A DNA stretch of 64,000 nt from NCBI GenBank assembly GCA_002189035.1, contig NEEC01000015.1:1736001-1800000 (forward strand), read 5' to 3'. This DNA comes from Utricularia gibba (lineage: Eukaryota; Plantae; Magnoliophyta). Below the pieces are notes generated by a model, which worked only from the letters and a program-made list of their open reading frames with translations, searched no databases and was not told where the DNA came from. Each line of letters opens with the position of its first letter. The first letter of the stretch is position 1. Positions 60,204 to 64,000 of this stretch are shown in pieces. A program made the position numbers and the translations under genes.

Positions 60204-60869
60204 TTAACCTTGTTGGGGAGTTGAAGGCTTCCCAGCTTTGTCTTTAGGAGGGGGTTCTGCTCCTGCAAAACAACATTCGAGCAAGATGAGATGTTCGTTA
60301 TTCCCCTTAATGAAACTATCAGATTGACTCCAAACTCACTGAAACTTTACGAGCAAAAGTAGTGTTGATGCGATATTGCAAACAGGAAGAATGATGCAGG
60401 AGCAGATGAACCGAAGACAGAATTTTTATCCTTACTGGATATAAGAGCCCTAGGCCTGGTCTTGAAAAAGATCTTGTGCCGAATAATTCCAACTACGTTC
60501 ATCTCTATCCCTACAAAATCTTCACCTGCTCCGCTATTCATTTCTTCGTTCTGAAGCTTAATCTTCTTCAACACAAGAATCGGCTTCTTTAGACTCACCT
60601 TCGTTCCAGACAGCTCATGGTACCCAACTGTAAATGTGTAAGTTTCCTGCAAGAACAGAGTAGCGAGTTCCTATTTTCTCAGAGATTCATTACCGGCTGT
60701 TTCAAGAGAGTTTAATTACCTGAGAAGAGGGGCGGCAGAGAGTGCCGACATGGAAGTCCTGAAGGCGGTCCTCAAATCCGGGCTGCGGTTGAACCACACC
60801 CTGAAGCTCAACTATCGCCCATTCTGGGCATTTGCCTTCTCCACAGCTGCATTTTACCTCGATTTGCAT
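60204..60869 (-). CDS. CTF8: Chromosome transmission fidelity protein 8 (CTF18-RFC subunit)
   Basis: Exons 60869-60720, 60646-60436, 60262-60204. Motifs CPEWAIVELQG, FTVGYHELSG, LKKPILVL, IIRHKIFFKTRP. Confidence 0.88.
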
Positions 60870-60926
60870 CGCACTAAGTGGAATAGCCCCTGAACCCGTC
60901 ACCGTCTCCCCCTCTTGCTTCACCAA

Positions 60927-60977
60927 TTAGGGTTTTCAAACTCTGGAATGCATCAACCAGCAATCACATTTGGCGCC
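60927..60977. promoter_or_regulatory. Telo-box and E2F site in the CTF8/SEND1 bidirectional promoter
   Basis: TTAGGGTTT (AAACCCTAA) at 60927-60935 and TTTGGCGCC at 60969-60977; a second near-consensus E2F site (TTTGGCGA, minus strand) at 61169-61176. Confidence 0.6.
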
Positions 60978-61230
60978 AGAAACAGACAATACGCCATCGT
61001 TTTATACCTCTGAATAAGAATTTGAAAGTCTTGCCTTATTCTCGTTCCCCTGCATTTTCCATAATTCGATATTCGCCCCACGGCTCTACTGGAACCAGTA
61101 GCATTCCGCAGAAAAAATTTCGAAAAAAAAAACTAACGGCTACGTCAACTGAAGCGCAGGTTTCCAACTCGCCAAAGATTTCAAACCATAACGCTTACTT
61201 CTACCGGTGAAGATTTTGATTTTAAACAAG

Positions 61231-64000
61231 ATGGGAGTCAAGAATCTTTGGGATATTTTGGAATCTTGCAAGAAAACTCTTCCTCTTCACCATCTTCAGT
61301 AAGTTAATTTCTTGGTTTCGGACTCGTTATTGTGGCTCTTTGTTCAAGTTGGGAATTTTATGATGTGGGGTGTTGTAATTTTCTGACAAGGAACAAGAGG
61401 CTGTGCGTGGATCTATCATGCTGGATCGTGCAACTTCACAATGTGAATAAATCTCATTGTCCGATGAAGGACAAGGTTTATTTGAGCGGCCTGTTTCATC
61501 GTCTAAGAGCCCTAATTGCTTTGAATTGCAGCATTATATTTGTTTCTGGTAATTTTTCTGTCACTAAGTTCTCATTCCGTGGTGACTTCATTAAACAGTG
61601 AGAAGCTACATTTTCTATCTGCGTTGGTGGATTGTTCTAGCATCGTTTTTGTTCGTTACTTTTTATGAACCAGTGGATTAGCTGAACTCAGTTCTTATGT
61701 GCCTGTTTTTTCTCCTTTTTCCTTCACTGGCTGGGGTTGCTTATGGGTTAATATTGCATGTGTAGATGGCTCAATTCCTGTTATGAAGGTGTCTACCTAT
61801 CGGCGCCGTCTACATGCTGTAAATGAGGTCGTGTTAATGGATTCTTAGCATCACTGGCTTTCAGTCCTTATTTTTCCATGATCTAGTTTGCTTCTCTGAA
61901 TGCTAAATCCAGCCAATTCAAGATCTTTCTGAAGTGTCTTCTGTTAAGAGGAACAATGGGTCTGAGTTTTCTCGCATGATTAAAGAAGCCAAGCTTCTTG
62001 GTATGGCTTTAGGGATTCCATGCCTTGATGGGTAGGTAGCTCTGTCTTCTTACTCTGTTTATTCAAATGTGACTTCGTTGTCAAATCTGTACCACTACAC
62101 ACAGGATTGAGGAAGCTGAAGCTCAATGTGCATTACTGAATTCTGAGTCATTATGTGTAAGTGAGCTGTTAATTTAATACTGTTTTAGCCATACTCTGCT
62201 TGGAATAATGAAACTGTAACTCTCATGGTTGATGGAACAAACATAATTATTAGGACGGATGCTACACTTCAGATTCGGATGCCTTTTTGTTTGGTGCAAG
62301 AACAGTGTATAGAGATATTTGTCTTGGTGAGTTATAGTTTTCTATCTATTTTCCTTTCCTTAGTCTTCATTCATTGGTTTTCTATTTTCGAAGTGTAGGT
62401 GAAGGTGGTTATGTTGTCTGCTACGAGATGGATGATATTGAGGCAAAACTTGGGTTCGGAAGGAATTCTTTGGTGATGTTTTCTATGAAAATTTCAGTGA
62501 AAATCTGAATCATATACCCATTTCAAAAACTGAAAATTGCATGACTTGTGACTTTCAGATTGCTCTTGCCGTCCTTCTTGGGAGTGATTACAATCAAAGA
62601 ATTCGTGGTTTTGGGCCTGTAAGTTATCATGGCATATCTTCCTGCTGTGATTGTTTATTCATGTAGTAATTTGACGCAATCATGCATCCTTCCTGTAGGA
62701 TTCAGCATGTAAGATTGTAAAATCATTTAGTGACTCCACCGTTCTCCAGTGGCTCGCATCAGAAGGCTTAGCAACTCTGAAAAAGGAAAAGGTCTTGAAA
62801 AAGAAAGACCAAATTTCCATCCGTGACAACAGGAAAAATGCTGCCCCTCCTCATCTGGGAAATTCAAAGAGTAAGTCACTGCCTGCACCTCAGTTTTCAA
62901 GTTGCCATGCAGTACGTGTTTATGACTGGCGCCTGTTCATTGCATGCTGAAGTTCCTCTTCTATATAGAAAGTGACTCTGATCTGCGACCATCAAGCAAT
63001 CACGTCCAGAGTGTGATCAATGCCTATTTAAAGCCCAAGTGCCATTCTGCTGATTCAGATGCCGTTCACAGGTTCTTGAACCCCCACCCCACATCGGTGC
63101 ATCACCTTGTCACTCACTATAGCGTTTTGTTTCTCTATTTTTGTAGAGCCCTTGCTCTCTATCCTTTCAATCGCTCTCAACTACATGAGCTATGCACTCA
63201 GTTTTTTGAATGGCCTCCAGAAAAGACAGGTTTACAATTGCTCATCTGATCCCTGGAAAGCAACTCAGGTGTAAATGCAAAGTTTTTCTTGTTTGCTGTG
63301 CCTATATCAGATGAATACGTTCTTCCAAAACTTGCTGAAAGAAGCTTGAGACGATTTGCGACTCTTCGTTTCTCCTCTTCACAACTGGGAGTCGATCTAC
63401 CCGCAGATGAAGTATGGAGTTCTCGCTTTGATATTCTGTTATTATTACAACTTGCTTTGAATGCCTCATTTCTGTTATTATTACAGATACCTGTGAAATG
63501 CCCTGTTTCCCGCATCAACAAGCAAAGAAGGATGCAAGGACAAGATTACTATGAAGTTTCTTGGAATGATTTTTATGGCCTGAAGGCATCCGTAGTACCA
63601 GCCGATATTTTACAATGGTATCATTCAACTTTCCATGAATTGAATTTCATTTAATGGAGCATGCAATTGGCTGTCTTATGTTGGTACCGAAGCCTAAAAG
63701 ATGTGCTTACAGTGGCTGCCCAGAAAAGGTAGAGGAGTTCCATCAGAAGAAAGCGGAGAAACGAAAAACAACCCGCAGAGCTGGAAGTAAAAAATCTGTA
63801 ACCAAAGAAATCGATGAAAAGCTCAAGAAGCTGTTGCTGGAAATCCAACAAGGCACTCCCCCGCCTTGTCGTCTCAAGGAATCTACACATCAAGACAATT
63901 ATCAGCAAAAGAGTGAAGAAGAAGAAGAAGATGCAGTTGGCAGCAAAAACATAGGTGGTCACAGTTCATGCACAGGAATGATGGAGAAGGAGATCATTGA
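61231..64000 (+). CDS. SEND1: Flap endonuclease GEN-like 2 / SEND1 (XPG/Rad2 family), truncated by the window end
   Basis: MGVKNLWDILES|NKRLCVDLSCW (XPG-N), EEAEAQCALLN, DSDAFLFGA (XPG-I), LAVLLGSDY (H2TH). Twelve or more short GT-AG exons traced in frame. Confidence 0.9.

Overview
Gene-dense nuclear DNA from a eudicot plant, probably a lamiid (inferred only from a KAI2i-type receptor). Introns are short (mostly 60-250 nt). No CRISPR arrays, rRNA or autonomous transposons are evident. I can build 21 protein-coding genes: UBA2c-like, KAI2, intronless MPC2-type carrier, two tandem SDRs, ascorbate oxidase, ACX2, RAP2.4-type ERF, TPP, VQ, LURP1-like, MFS, PLP-transferase-like, At5g62140-like, SEUSS-like, IQD, HD-ZIP IV, EMS1, CTF8 and a GEN2/SEND1 gene cut off by the window end. 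There is also one tRNA-Arg(ACG), a threonyl-tRNA synthetase pseudogene missed by the ORF track, and a few degenerate MITE-like elements. Main points: (1) five -1 frameshifts in four genes, all at G/C homopolymer runs, most likely assembly errors; (2) a TPP gene with three apparently lost introns, five stop-free 3n introns and a copy of an exon junction inside one intron; (3) a tightly packed KAI2i / intronless MPC / SDR cluster; (4) loss of the PLP lysine in the sulfurase-like protein and of the NADP-binding Arg in one SDR; (5) the conserved HD-ZIP IV 3'UTR stem with a competing pairing partner; (6) an E2F/telo-box bidirectional promoter between CTF8 and SEND1. Gene names and Arabidopsis comparisons come from recalled family knowledge, not from searches. 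I found no clearly new biological system.
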